Of a stretch of 55,293 nucleotides of DNA, positions 23,428-35,635 are shown piece after piece. How positions within the stretch are numbered: position 1 is the stretch's first letter; every line of letters starts with the position of its first letter. Source of the DNA: Vezdaea acicularis (taxonomy: Eukaryota); the NCBI GenBank assembly GCA_026025075.1, contig JAPEUI010000050.1, positions 62,001 to 117,293 of the forward strand. Direction: 5' to 3'. The notes below the pieces were generated by a model that searched no databases, was not told the origin of the DNA, and was given only the letters and a program-made list of their open reading frames with translations. A program made the position numbers and the translations under genes.

Positions 23428-25858
23428 TCAGTTTTGGCTGGAGGACTGGTCGTCCGTGGTCCCAGTCCCTGTACTCTCATCTTCATCCCTCTCCCTCCGA
23501 TCCACTTCCTCAACTTCATCATCCTGCCTCCCCTCCGTGAAGATGACCACGCTGACACACGCCGCATATGCCTCCCTGACAGCACAGGCGACGCACGTCT
23601 TATACACATTCCCCGTAATGGCACTCAAGCCCCATCGTGCGCACCAAGCTCTCGCAAAGACTTCATTATCCGGAGCGCCAAAGGCTTCGATCAAGAGCAC
23701 CTTCTTGATATCATTATAATCGAAGTGTTCATCCCGAGCGCGCCGCGCTTCTGGCCCGACCATCGCTCTACGCTCGCAGTTGCCCCAGTTCTCGATCTTG
23801 GGAAGATCGGCGATGCGGACGGTTTCGAACTCGTAGTCGTAGAAGAGGACGTGCGGCCCGAAGTGGCACGGGAATGCAGTGATGAAGCTAACGTCGTAAG
23901 TGAGCGCTAGAGGGTATGACTGCCCTTTTAGAGCGAATATGATGGATGCATCAAAGATGAGTGGGTCGGGGTGTGAGGCTGGCATGTTCCGTGGGTTATC
24001 GGGAGAGAGGTTGAAGGCCAGCTTTTGGAGGCGGATGTCCTCGGTCACTTCGTTCATATCTGGGTTGATGAGCTCGTAGTCTTCCACAGGGTAGTGATGA
24101 TCTGGCGCGCCGAGCGGATCGCTCCTTAGCTCCATACTCTCAACATCTTTCACTAGCAGCTTTTGGCTCAGGGTCCGTTGGGTTACCCGGGCTATTTCAA
24201 TCCGCTTCAGATCTGGAGAGTAGTGACATGGCCCAATCCATCCTGCAATCTGCTTGACTCCTTTTGCGGCGCCCAAAACCTTACCAACGATACATTCCCA
24301 GGACCAGTATGTATTAGCTCGGTATTGGAATCCTGAGTTTGGGTAGATATGGGTCAGTGATGAGAGAAGAGCATTGGTGTCCCGATCACAGTCAATGAGA
24401 GTGTTCATGATCAGCCATGACATGCTCTTGCCTGGAAGTACGACTCCGGTAAACCATGACATGGCATCTGCGCTCCGATCTTCGACGGCAATCTCTTTTG
24501 GATCATGCTCTTTCAATATATATTCCACTTCGGGCATGTTAGGCCACCTATCACGGCGCAATTAGATGAGAAATCTCTGAGGGGAGACGTAAGACAAGAG
24601 CGTGTGTCAGCTTACTTTAAGGTCCAGGCAAAGTTCCGTAGTGCGTCGATTTGTCGTCTCTTGTTTAGTAGCTTGAAGTTAATTGAGCTTTTCCCGTCGC
24701 TCGTCCTAGGTCGTTCTATAGCCATGTTCTCAAGCCAACGCTGAGCCACGGCGAGATCCCACGCTATCTTAGGTGGTAATTGCGGCAAAATCTTTGTCTT
24801 TGCCCAGTCACCGCTACATTGCATCCGTAAATGTAGCTCTACCGCCAGAAGTAATTGAAAGAAGAATTGATGATATCGCATCTGGTTTTTCGTTGTGAAA
24901 AACTTGGCAACGACCTGATTTGATTCATGGCTGAAATCAATCCAATCTCGACGGCTGAGTACGGTAATAAGATCTGATATCTGCCGATCAATACTGAAGT
25001 GGGGGTTGGTTTTCTTCTCCGGGTCATAGATTAGATTATCATATAGGTCCTTGTAAAGAAGGTCATCATCGTCATCGAGACCGCGCTCGAGCCATCTTAA
25101 GCGGTCTAGGATTCCCATCAGCCCCGGTTTCCTGAGTTTAACGTCCGATTCGGCCTCTACGGGTGGATATATACTACCCGAGATGCCGATCCAGTAGTTC
25201 AGGCATACTGTTCCAGGGATTCTACCAAAACAGAACGCCATACTTGGCTGCTCTAGTGTCTCCCATGGCTTGGTAGCTTCGGTGGTTCCCATGAGACGCA
25301 ACGAAATGTTCTTGAAGGTCTCATTCTGGAAAGCAGCCCTATCCGTGTCAGGATCGGCCCTCTTCCCCGCAGATGCATAAAATCGAGTGTGTTCCTCGTT
25401 CGTATGCGGAACGACCTCACAATATCCATGGAATATGGAGGCACCAGAACATATGTAATCCTCTGCTTCCTTGGCGGTCATGTCCGCCGGGGGTGTAAAA
25501 CCCTGCGGTGGCCATTCTGGTATATATGCACTCCCAACCCGACGACCTGAAGGGCGACGGCTTGTGTGAATCTCTTCATCAAACCCTGAGGAAGGCGGGC
25601 GCCCCTCAAGGTCCTCCGTTCCATCGTGTGATCTTGTGAAACTATTACTTCGACGGCGCAACCTTTGGTGATGAGGAGAATGGCTTCTACTAGAGTGCTC
25701 TACACCATACCATTCGTGCTGCGGAGAGTTCAAAGGTCAGCAAGTGGTCGGTGCTACGGGAAGCGCACGAGCCATACTTCATCGAAATCAGCTTCCTGCC
25801 GAGCAACAGCACGGTCATCCCTCCGTGAGGTACTCCTTGATCTGTTGCCCCAGCTCAT
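23428..25858 (-). CDS. Fungal hypothetical protein (about 770 aa), 3 exons
   Basis: ATG at 25858 (MSWGNRSRS...). Intron gtatgg...gctgac...cag joins the 373-aa ORF, and a gtaagc intron joins the 377-aa ORF. Globular-looking blocks WETLEQPSMAF, YWSWECIVGKVL and ARAWCARWG...CVACAVREA. Confidence 0.85.
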
Positions 25859-26454
25859 GCCTGTGTTTTTACCTGGCCAACGCTACATTTGCGAAGCTTG
25901 AGAAAATTTGCTGGCGGTGTGGGCTCTCATGCGGCAGTCTGGCCGTAAGGCTGAAGGAATGCGGGCACGACACGCGTTGCTAAAATAGGCCGCCTTAGAA
26001 CCTCAATATCACAAAATCCTAGTCTTAAGTGGAACTCAATTCAGGCCTCAAATTTAACCCTCGTTTGGCCTTATCAGACGGTTGATAAGGAGTAATTGCT
26101 TGACCTTTACATTACTTGGTGAGTTAGGGAGAGGTTGGTTTCTTCCGCAGGCAACGCTCTGCCGAGGATGTTGACGAAATGCCGTCGAAGGTCCGCAAGC
26201 ATTTCTGGAAAACATAATTTGCACTGAATGCTCGAGATCTTCTCCCCCTCCAGCACTACATCCCAAGTCAGGCAAATCTATAAAGCAGTGTAACAGAAGC
26301 CCTCTAAGCCTTGTGAGACGACATTTCGGCTGTGTCTGACCTGTATGTCCATCGGTGCCTGAGAATATGACGGTTATATGAGAATTCGAAGGTCATATCT
26401 TCGGTCTCACAAATGCACCGACTGTTGTAGGCAGTGTAAATAAGGTCTCAGGTA

Positions 26455-28108
26455 ATGCATGGAGCTCCAATGGTAGCTTCATTGGATGCTGGAAATGATC
26501 TTCAACTGAAACTGGCGATGATCATTGGTGTAGCCTGCTTGATCTGGTACAGTGCCGTTGTCTTGGTCTGCGGGATTGGCTACATACAACTGTGAGACCC
26601 TTTGCTGTAACAGCCCTCAAGCATTTCCATGTACTAACAGAGTTTTATGAAGACAGCGCTACTATTCCTCAATACCCAAACCTTCAATCTCTGCCTCTCT
26701 CCCCATTAGTAGAGTCCCGCATGTCACTATACTTCGACCAGTCAAGGGCGTAGAACCAAATCTATACGAGTGTCTTGGAGCGACTTTCCGTCAGCAATAC
26801 CCTCGAGAAAAACTCACAGTTTACTTCTGTGTAGCATCCCGCCATGATCCAGCTGCGCCGATCCTTGAGCGCTTGCTCGAAGACTTTCCAGGATTCGATG
26901 CCAAAGTACTCGTGGAGGAGGAGGATCCAAACCTTCAGAAGGGGGGGAATGGTTCCAGAGGACTCGGACCGAATCCAAAAATAAGAAATATGAGCCACGG
27001 CTATCGTGAAGCTAAAGGAGACCTCATTTGGGTTATTGATTGCAACATCTGGGTTGGTAAAGGGGTTGCCGGTAGGATGGTCGACAAGCTTTGCGGCTTT
27101 GCTCCAGCAGGAGTAAGAAATATGCCATACAAATTTGTGCACCAGCTCCCACTAGTTGTCGAGACAGCAGGTGGTAACCAAAGCGAAGAAGCACGAGGAG
27201 CTCTGGGTTACAGCAACGGCCATGCGAATGGAGTGCAAATGGGTTCCAAGACCATCGATTCTAAAACGAGCTCAATACTGAGACGTGGCGGTGGCCGTTT
27301 GGAAGAGCTTTTCCTGTCTTCCTCGCATGCCAAGTTCTACACCGCAATCAATACAATCCTTCTCGCCCCCTGCATAGTGGGCAAGTCGAACATGTATCGG
27401 CGCTCGCACCTCAACTACCTCACATCCTCAAACCCAGCTCGCAGTCCTGGGATAGACTTCTTCTCTGACTTCATCTGCGAGGACCACCTCATCGGAGACC
27501 TCCTTTGGAAGCAGAAAGTGCCAGAAGAAGAAAGTGGAGAGGTATGGGGCAAACACGCTCTTGTTTTCAGCGATCTGGCCATCCAGCCTATGGCGGGCAT
27601 GAGCGTCTCAGAGTACATCGCAAGACGAATGCGTTGGCTGCGCGTCCGCAAGTTCACGGTCACCCTCGCAACGCTAGTTGAACCTGGCACGGAGAGCTTC
27701 CTATGCTCTCTATACGGCGCCTTCGCTGTTACAAGCGTACCGTGGTTCGAGAAAACCCTCTCCGTTCCACCCACATGGTCATTCTTCTTTCTTTTCTTCC
27801 TCGCGAGCGTCTCTATATGGGCATTTGTGGACTGGACGGTCTATCTTCTTCTGCACTCAGCGTCATCCATCGAAGTCGACGAGCATACCCCATCTTTTGC
27901 GCAGCCATTGAAGACGAGGTCGAGGCGCCCCTTTAGGGAGTGGCTGCTAGCGTGGCTGGGGAGAGAGGCGCTGGCGCTCCCAATTTGGGTCTGGGCTGTG
28001 TTTTGCGGCACGACTGTCGTTTGGAGGGGGAAGAAGCTTTGGGTGGGCATGGATATGCGGGTTCATGAGGTGCCGGCGGGTGAGAACGTCAAGACGCGAA
28101 TAGATTAG
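26455..28108 (+). CDS. GCS1: Ceramide glucosyltransferase (glucosylceramide synthase, GT21), 2 exons
   Basis: N-terminal TM exon, then [45 protein letters not shown] and [10 protein letters not shown]. Start codon is approximate. Confidence 0.93.
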
Positions 28109-28275
28109 AGTCTTTAGACATTCTAGACACAGGTTTGTGCATATTGTGCGTCCACGCGAAGCTTGCTAATATCTGCCTACGATGTGTTCGTCGCTGTGAG
28201 ATATCCGCCCCTTAGCCAAAAAAGATAATCCCACCGTTTGCAAGCCGCGAATCGGAAGATGTGTCAATACAGACT

Positions 28276-29790
28276 CTACTTCGAGGTCCTCTCCAGAGAC
28301 CTTGTCATGAGTGGAGAGTCCATGAGCCTGTTCCAGTCGTGCAACATCAGAGCATTCTGCTTTGATGAGATGACTTCCTCTGCGCCTCTGGGAACGAGCT
28401 CTTCATCGTACTCGCCAATTACTTCGGCAAGACTACTCTCGCCCTTGTGTACTTTTACCAGCGCATTCACGAAGTGATCTGCGTCACATATTGCGTGGTT
28501 TAATCCCTGTCCGCGATCTGAATCATAAAAGTTAGCGACTACAGGCCATTGAAAGGGAAGATAGGTTATTTACGAGGGGGCATTGGATGGGCCGCATCGC
28601 CAGCGAGGGTCACTCTGCCGCCATGATTGTCCCAGGGGATAGTAGCCCAGTACGACAGCCGATCGAAAGAGATCGGAGTACCCTCGGGAATCCATAGATT
28701 AGCCGATTTGAAGGGATCTGCCAGCACCGACGCCTTTTTCTTTACAAGCGCCAAGCCCTCCGCGCTGCTCAAAGCAGTGTCTGGCGTTCCTAGCCACGAG
28801 GTCACCAGCTGGAATTTCCAATCTTCTGGTTTTTCTGGATCAGGGACTTCCTGTACTAAAGGATCGTCAGCTGTCTCTTTCAACACCAAATTTCAAGGGA
28901 AACTCCCTACTTGAGATAAAAGAAAAGACCTCAGGATGGAGCATCATTGAGAAGACCGGGTGCGCAGTTCGAACGAACTTTGCTTTCTCAGCATCATGGT
29001 AGCAAACACTGAGGTTAGCGTGAACAAGGGCCATTGCTTCGGCCTTTCCCTTCTCTCCCTCCAAAAGCAAGCTTCGGACGGTGGACTGTGGTCCATCAGT
29101 CCCGATGATGATGCTGCCAGAGGTCTCCGAGCCATCGGCGAATTTAGCTACAACGCCCTTCCCGTCCGAATCATAAATGATGTCTGCAACAACTTTATCA
29201 TACTATCACAGTCATAAGTATATAATGGATAGAAAATTTCGTCCGTTGCTGCTTTACCTGAACATCGATCCCCTCCGTTAGGAACTTCCGCAGCTTTCTT
29301 CTTGAAACGCGGATGATCTTCCCCATTGGCAATGCTTTCAAGACTTCCCCACTCTTTCCGCTGTACATTTGGAGTAGATCACTATCCTGAGGCTCGTAGA
29401 AAGGGTCATTCTGGGTCTCGCGCAGACGAGAAAACAAGTCTGCCGGCAGAAGTTTCTCGAGTAACGGCAGAGACCAATGGATGCCCATGCTCCATTCTCT
29501 CGGACGATACTGCTGTGCAGAGACCTCCGCTTCGTAGATACTGAAGCTGATCCCAGCCTGAACACAGAGTCAACGAAGTCCCCTATATGGTCTAATGAGC
29601 AATTTTTCGCGCATTCCCACCTTTTTCAAGCCGTGTGCGACCAGCAAACCCGTTACTCCTATGCAAAGGTAATCAGTTTCCACAATGAATACTTAACATG
29701 GAATATCCACGAAGCTAAGGGTCCAGTACCAGCGCCAATCACAATCACGTGAAGTTTGTTATGGGCAGACGGCCCGTTGGTGCTGGCCAT
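28276..29790 (-). CDS. FAD-dependent monooxygenase (aromatic-ring hydroxylase family), multi-exon
   Basis: Spliced HVIVIGAGVTGLLVAHGL (GxGxxG), IIGTDG, and RVTLAGDAAHPMPPHRGQGLNHAICDA. All introns keep the frame. Confidence 0.9.
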
Positions 29791-30387
29791 CGTGAACCGG
29801 AATGGCGGGTCAATGCGATTTGAGACAGAGTAAGTGTCGATGGATGTGACCGATCAGTCGGGTGAGGGCATCGATATGTCCAGAGCTCGAAGTGGAGATC
29901 GAAGGGAGGGGGGAGGGGATTCGACTACTAATATCTGATTGTGGAGCGTTGGCGGGCGAGCGTCAACGGCGGGGTTGTCCAGAGACGCCGCCATTGCGCG
30001 CGGCGCTGATTGGGCGCACACCACCTATCGTGAGAGGGCCACGGTCTAAAGCACGTTTCTCAGACACACAGACGCAGGATGCCCGGGCCGACGCCATCGT
30101 AGGGGCCTGGCCGCGGCGGAAGAAAAAGGAAAATGTGAATGGAAAAGGAGGAGGGAGGACGGCGTGGGTGATCCTGCGACTTCCCTTCGGCGCGATCACG
30201 ATATCCGTGTTCGCATGCGCTCCGAGGCGAGAGGATCAAGGGGAAAAGACGGCCGGTCACGCCGTCGCCCACGGCCCGACGTGAAATAGAACCGACCTCC
30301 CCCTCACATCGGCCTTGCCGTCTACCGTCTACACCTCCTCTGCGATCGCCAGCCGTCGCAAGAGCGCGCTCTCCACCAGTCGCCGTC

Positions 30388-31859
30388 ATGGATAACACTC
30401 CACCAACCACTAGCGAAAGCGCCGAGCCCGCTCAGGCTCAGGCGCCGAATCCGCTCACCGCGCATCACAAGTTCAGCCCCGCGGAGCTAGGCGATAACCC
30501 TAACGTTGAGAAGGCCTCCGAATCTGGCAAAGTCGAGATCTTATCACTAAATGACGAAGCGCATCCGTATCTCGGCCAACAGCCAGCCCAGCTCCTCACG
30601 CACGATCATCTTGCGAGCGTCGGAGCAAATGCGCCGATCGTTCAGCCAACGTTCGAGGTCGACGAGGACTATGATGGCTCGTCCACCTTTGACTTTTCCG
30701 ACTCGTCCAGCTTCGTGAGCTCGTTGTCGAGCAAGATCACAGACTACCAATGGGACAATGGCCGGAGATATCACGCCTACAAGGAGGGTCACTATCCCTT
30801 GCCGAACGACGAGACAGAGCTGGACCGTGAGGATATGAAGCACCATATGATGATGCTGATCACGAACGGGAGACTTCACCATGCGCCCATCCCGAGCAAG
30901 CCAACTAAGATATTAGATCTGGGCACAGGGACAGGCATCTGGGCGATTCAAGTGGCAGAGGAGTATCCGTCCGCCGAAGTCATTGGCACTGATCTATCTC
31001 CCATCCAGCCAGAATGGTAGGTTCCGTGTCCAGAACGCTCCGCCAGATCTTCAGTCTTAATCACTGTGGCAGGATCCCCCCAAACTGCATCTTTGAGGTC
31101 GACGATCTCGAGAAGGAATGGTTGTGGGCTTCCGACAGCTTTGACCTTGTCCACGTCCGCTTCATGTTTCTTGCGATCAGAGACTATCCGAAGATGCTGA
31201 AGGAGGCGATGAGGTAACTTCGGACCGTTCTTACGCCCTTCAAGTCATCCTGCATGGCATCTTATCCAGCAATACTGACGAGAGAAGGGTCATAAAACCC
31301 GGGGGATATTTCGAGATAGCCGAGCTCTACTTCTTCCCCGAGTCACCAGACAATTCCATTCCGGAAAACAGTCAGGTGGTGGCTTTCCTTACTTACCTCA
31401 CGGAGGCGGCGGCGATGATGGGCTTCGACCTGAAAGTCTCCAAGCGATTCAAAGACCTAGTCATCGACGCTGGCTATGAGGAGGTGACGGAAGAAACTAT
31501 AATCATCCCATGGAGCAGCTGGCCCAAAGACCCGCGGCTGAAGGCTGTGGGAACATTCCAAGTTGGTATGAGGCCTTGTTCTGGCTACTTCTAAAATCCG
31601 ACTAACTGCTTCTAGCACAACTCCGTCAGGGACTGCAGGGTATTTGCATGAAGCTATTCACCAAGTTCCTAGGTTGGACACCCGCGGAGGTCGAAGTGTT
31701 CCTCGTCGGAGTCCGGAGGGAGCTGGACGACAGATCCATACACATGACGAACGAAGCGTACGCTAGCCTCTATTCCCCCTTTCTACGCAAAATATCATCA
31801 TGCTAACAGCGAATGGCAGGCGTGTCGTCTATGGTCGCAAACCCTTGCACAGCGTCTAG
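30388..31859 (+). CDS. LaeA-like SAM-dependent methyltransferase, multi-exon
   Basis: Motifs NGRRYHAYKEGHYPLPNDETELDRED, ILDLGTGTGIWA, VIGTDLSPIQP, FEVDD and FDLVHVR. Last exon reads VYGRKP...*. Confidence 0.9.
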
Positions 31860-32317
31860 TGCGGCCTTTGGAGGAATGTGGGAGGAATATGTTCGAACTT
31901 AGCGTAGCATGGACGATTTTGGATTTTAGATAGGCGCCAATCAGGAAATCGATCAATTCAGAAATTATTTGTTCGGTAGATTTGCAATGTTGTGGACGTA
32001 CCCCACGATCCGCAGAGCCGATGACGACACCTCCGGGATGGGCCATTGGTGACGGCCGAATCGACTTGATACACACTTGATGCATAACACTTCCCCACTA
32101 TATGCTTATAACTCATTAAGTTCGTTGGAACAGGACCATCTGTCGACACTTCACATATGTGATCCTCTTCAAGACTGGTCTGCCTCCCAGCAGTGTCTGG
32201 CATACACTGAGGATTCGCAGAATATCCAATCGGATCTCCACTCCACAGCCCTAGCTGTCCCGAACGGAGAGTCCGTCCCCCAATTCAGATTCCCCAATTA
32301 CCTCCCTTCACCCAGCC

Positions 32318-33046
32318 ATGGCGCCTGACGCTCTCTTCCCCACCACCAGGGACCACCCCTCCGACCGCGAGACCTACATCCGCACGACCTCCCGCTCCAT
32401 CGACGGTAGCTACCCTCTCCTCGACGTCCTCTCGCTCCATACCGTCTCTGGCTCCATCAACACGACTGTAACCCCCGCCGCCGCTGCCCCCGACTTCCCC
32501 GAAAAGCCCGCCAGTTTCAACGCGCAGACTACCAGCGGGAGCATCCGCGTGCGGTTCCCACTTCAGCCAGATGAGCTGCCGGAGAGGGTGTACCACACGC
32601 TCGTGTCGAGTAGCGTGGGGAGTGTAGGAGGCTCGTACGTGCTCGGAGCCCGCAACAGCTTCAGGACGGAGGCGGGCAGCGTCGACGTGGTGCTCCTTGC
32701 GCGCGAGCCCGCGATGGAGATACCGGTAGTCATCGAGACGCAATCCGGGCGGATGTCTGTCGACGTGAGGGTGTCTGGTGAGCGGGGGACGGTGATGGGT
32801 AGGCTAGAGGCGGGGTTCAGGTCGAATGCAGGGAGTGTCGATGTGCGGTATCCGGAAAGTTGGGCGGGGGAGCTAGTCGTGCGCACGAGGAGTGGGAGTG
32901 TGGATGTGGTGGGAGAAGGGGTGAAGGTCGTGAGGGACGAGGTAGATGGAGGGGGCGAGCGCGTCGTTAGGGCATTTAAGGAGGGAGGAACTGGGCGGAC
33001 TGAGATCAGGACCGTGGCGGGGAGCATAAGATTTTCTGCTGGGTAA
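32318..33046 (+). CDS. Beta-repeat protein (DUF4097/adhesin-like TxSGSI/V repeats)
   Basis: Recurring units HTVSGSI, QTTSGSI, SSVGSV, TEAGSV, SNAGSV, TRSGSV and TVAGSI in a 242-aa intronless ORF. Confidence 0.7.
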   Translation: MAPDALFPTTRDHPSDRETYIRTTSRSIDGSYPLLDVLSLHTVSGSINTTVTPAAAAPDFPEKPASFNAQTTSGSIRVRFPLQPDELPERVYHTLVSSSVGSVGGSYVLGARNSFRTEAGSVDVVLLAREPAMEIPVVIETQSGRMSVDVRVSGERGTVMGRLEAGFRSNAGSVDVRYPESWAGELVVRTRSGSVDVVGEGVKVVRDEVDGGGERVVRAFKEGGTGRTEIRTVAGSIRFSAG

Positions 33047-33647
33047 AGGGTTTGTAGGATGGGTGTTGGGTAAGATACGGTGTTTGGGAAGAGCTGAGGT
33101 CGCCACTCTCACGATGAGATCTTGCCCGTCTGATGAGAGATTTTTTCGTGGAATGAAGGCGATGACACATGTGATGACGGTTTTGCCTTCTGGCTAGAGC
33201 TTGTCCTTATAATGAAGAGTTATACGTGTATGAGAGACCGCCTATAGTGGAGGATTACTCATAGAATGCAAGCTTGGACACGGCGTGCCTTTCCTCCAGA
33301 ATGGCTTTACTGACCTTTGTGGTCAGACACCAAAAATGCCAGCTACTCACGCAGCTTCAGCCACGAGTGGCGGTCTTCTCCATTCCTCGACAGGAGCGCA
33401 CATTACGTCTAAGGACGTTTCGAGCGCTCATGTTGCTGCAAACACAGCCTGTAGCTTATCAAAGAGCAGGATCGTTGACAAAAGCCGCTAAATGTGGTCT
33501 GGTCTATAGGACTTTGCCGTGATCTTGGGTAATCGCCTCGAAACCTTGACATTCCAATATGGTACCCTGGAAGTATTGGCCCAAATTCCTACCTGTCCCT
33601 ACATCGAGTGCCGCTAGCTTAGAGCAGCGATAATCGAAAAAAGGCAT

Positions 33648-35444
33648 TCATTTCTTTGGCTTTTTCCTAATCGCGCTAGACCCCAACAAATTGACCCCAA
33701 GTGGAACAGATTCGGCAGATGGACCGACATTTGCACCAACCTTCGCTTCTGCGGTGTCGCTGAGCTTTGGCTTCTTTCTTAGCAAGCCAGCTGAGAGGGA
33801 GCTGATAGAAGGCTTGGCTCGATCGTCAAGAGCATTGTCCTCGTAGTTTCTCTTTCTTGTAGCAAGCAAGTCGATGCTCTTGGATGTAGAAGTCGGGTTT
33901 GCCGTTCCATCATCTGCTGATCCATGAACAGTAAACGTAGGCTTCTTGTCTCCAGAGATTGTAGATATTTCGCTAAACCAACGTTGCGTACTCGCCACGG
34001 CCACCCTTGGGGTTGCGAAGTCAAGCCGAAGGAGTAGGTCGTTGACCCTTTTGTAATCTTTCTCAGATATTACAATCTCCCCACGACCTGGCCCTTCAGG
34101 CCATGTATAATACGGAGATTCGCTAGACTGCTTCTGCATGGGTGTGTCTATCTTAGAATTCTTTAACTTTGGTCGACGTGGTATTATGGGCCCTTTCAGC
34201 TTCTTCGACATCGACTTCTTAGAGGATCGCGGGCGCTGAGCACGCTTGATAGACTCCATTTTCCCTTTCTGTGATGATGAAAGGGACTGAGACTCGGCCT
34301 GAGACGGCGATGTCTCCCGTGGGGATGTTGCAGCCGGTATGGCTTGCGATTGTGAATTCTCTGGAGTAGGAAGGAGGTCGTCCTTCCGGACATCAATCTT
34401 CCTCACAAATGGCGAGAATAAGATCCAGAAAAACCCCACTAGCCGTCCAGCTGAACACTCCTGCCTGAAGGCCATCATCTCCCAAAACTGTTCCAATGAC
34501 TTGACGCTCTTCCATTCTGACGGGCCCTGTGAGGTTGAATTTTGACTGTGGGACTTCTCAGAAATTTCGTCGTCTAACTCGACAAGGTAACGAGATTTGG
34601 GGTCGTCAGGAAAATGCGGTATCAAACATCTAGGTGGTAGGCCTTGGTCTGGGCATAGCAATTGAAGTGGATGGCCATTTTTCCAACGTTTCCTGTCTAT
34701 TGGGTCTTCCCTTACAGATCGTGGGAACATGGAGAGTGTCTCATATCTGTCAAATCCCGGCACAATCAGGTAAGCCTTGCTCGAGCATGTTGTCCACAAA
34801 CCCTTGTCCTTCTCTTCTTCCGTCTCCAAGGGCTGCTGCATATCCTCGGGGCATCGCCGTAAAATTGGATCCAAGACTCTACCCCACCATTTCACCAAAC
34901 CCCGATCATCCAGGACATGCTTCTCAGGATTCTCGATACTACCTGGGAAAAGGTATTGATCCTGTGCGCGAGCAAAGAGAGAGATCACCAATGGGATTGA
35001 CGGTCTTTGCCGATTCTCTGCCAGATATGACAGGAAAGTTGTAGATATTGTTTTGACGATCGAAGAGGTACCAGACCGATTCGTACGCCCGAGAAAGCCC
35101 GTAGAGTCTGCTTTGGATACGAAGAGAGTTGTAAGTGTTGTCGTAGTGAAGACCAACACTTCAATCGCAAATACTAAGATATCTTGTGAAGCTTGCTGAC
35201 CAGTAGATTTTCCCTCGGTTTCGGTAATGTTAGCAGACTCTGAGACTGCAAGGAAATGGCTTTCGCAATATGTTCTCTGTGCTTTCGAACCGGGTGGGGC
35301 AGAAAAGATCGCGGGGCACGTGGATGGTGGTGTCGAGAGATGGCATAGATTGAACGTGGATTTCAAAGGCAGCACTTGCTCAAGTTGAGTGCCGAGCGAC
35401 CGCTTTAGCTTTACAGATTCAGCATAAGAGATTTTAGGATTCAT
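33648..35444 (-). CDS. RTT109: Histone H3-K56 acetyltransferase Rtt109
   Basis: Motifs HLSTPP, FAIEVLVF, FVSKADSTG, SLFARAQDQYLFPGS, HVLDDRGLVKWW, PHFPDDPKSRY and FWEMMAFRQECSAG. Confidence 0.95.
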   Translation of the reverse strand: MNPKISYAESVKLKRSLGTQLEQVLPLKSTFNLCHLSTPPSTCPAIFSAPPGSKAQRTYCESHFLAVSESANITETEGKSTGQQASQDILVFAIEVLVFTTTTLTTLFVSKADSTGFLGRTNRSGTSSIVKTISTTFLSYLAENRQRPSIPLVISLFARAQDQYLFPGSIENPEKHVLDDRGLVKWWGRVLDPILRRCPEDMQQPLETEEEKDKGLWTTCSSKAYLIVPGFDRYETLSMFPRSVREDPIDRKRWKNGHPLQLLCPDQGLPPRCLIPHFPDDPKSRYLVELDDEISEKSHSQNSTSQGPSEWKSVKSLEQFWEMMAFRQECSAGRLVGFFWILFSPFVRKIDVRKDDLLPTPENSQSQAIPAATSPRETSPSQAESQSLSSSQKGKMESIKRAQRPRSSKKSMSKKLKGPIIPRRPKLKNSKIDTPMQKQSSESPYYTWPEGPGRGEIVISEKDYKRVNDLLLRLDFATPRVAVASTQRWFSEISTISGDKKPTFTVHGSADDGTANPTSTSKSIDLLATRKRNYEDNALDDRAKPSISSLSAGLLRKKPKLSDTAEAKVGANVGPSAESVPLGVNLLGSSAIRKKPKK

Positions 35445-35635
35445 AACGAGCAAAAGAGCAATGCTACATTGAAGAAACGAGCACAAGAGCTGAGTAGTGT
35501 GCGCTGCGAGGCAGGAGTAACGGCAGACGCGACGCGAGCTAGAATTTCCGGATACAGTCTAGCCTCAAAATCGTGAAGTTATTACTAGCTCCAGTTTTTC
35601 CCAAGTCTTTACATCGACATTCGAAAGCACGACAT

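Noticed and set aside
26354..26400. TPP riboswitch-like GGTGCCTGAGA
   Set aside because: The downstream conserved core (TGATC...GGATAAT...GCG...AGG) is missing, and no thiamine gene is adjacent.
30485..30494. Telomerase-template-like TAACCCTAAC (also TTAGGGTTAG at 54371)
   Set aside because: Both lie in coding sequence or at a splice junction, and both are single short matches.
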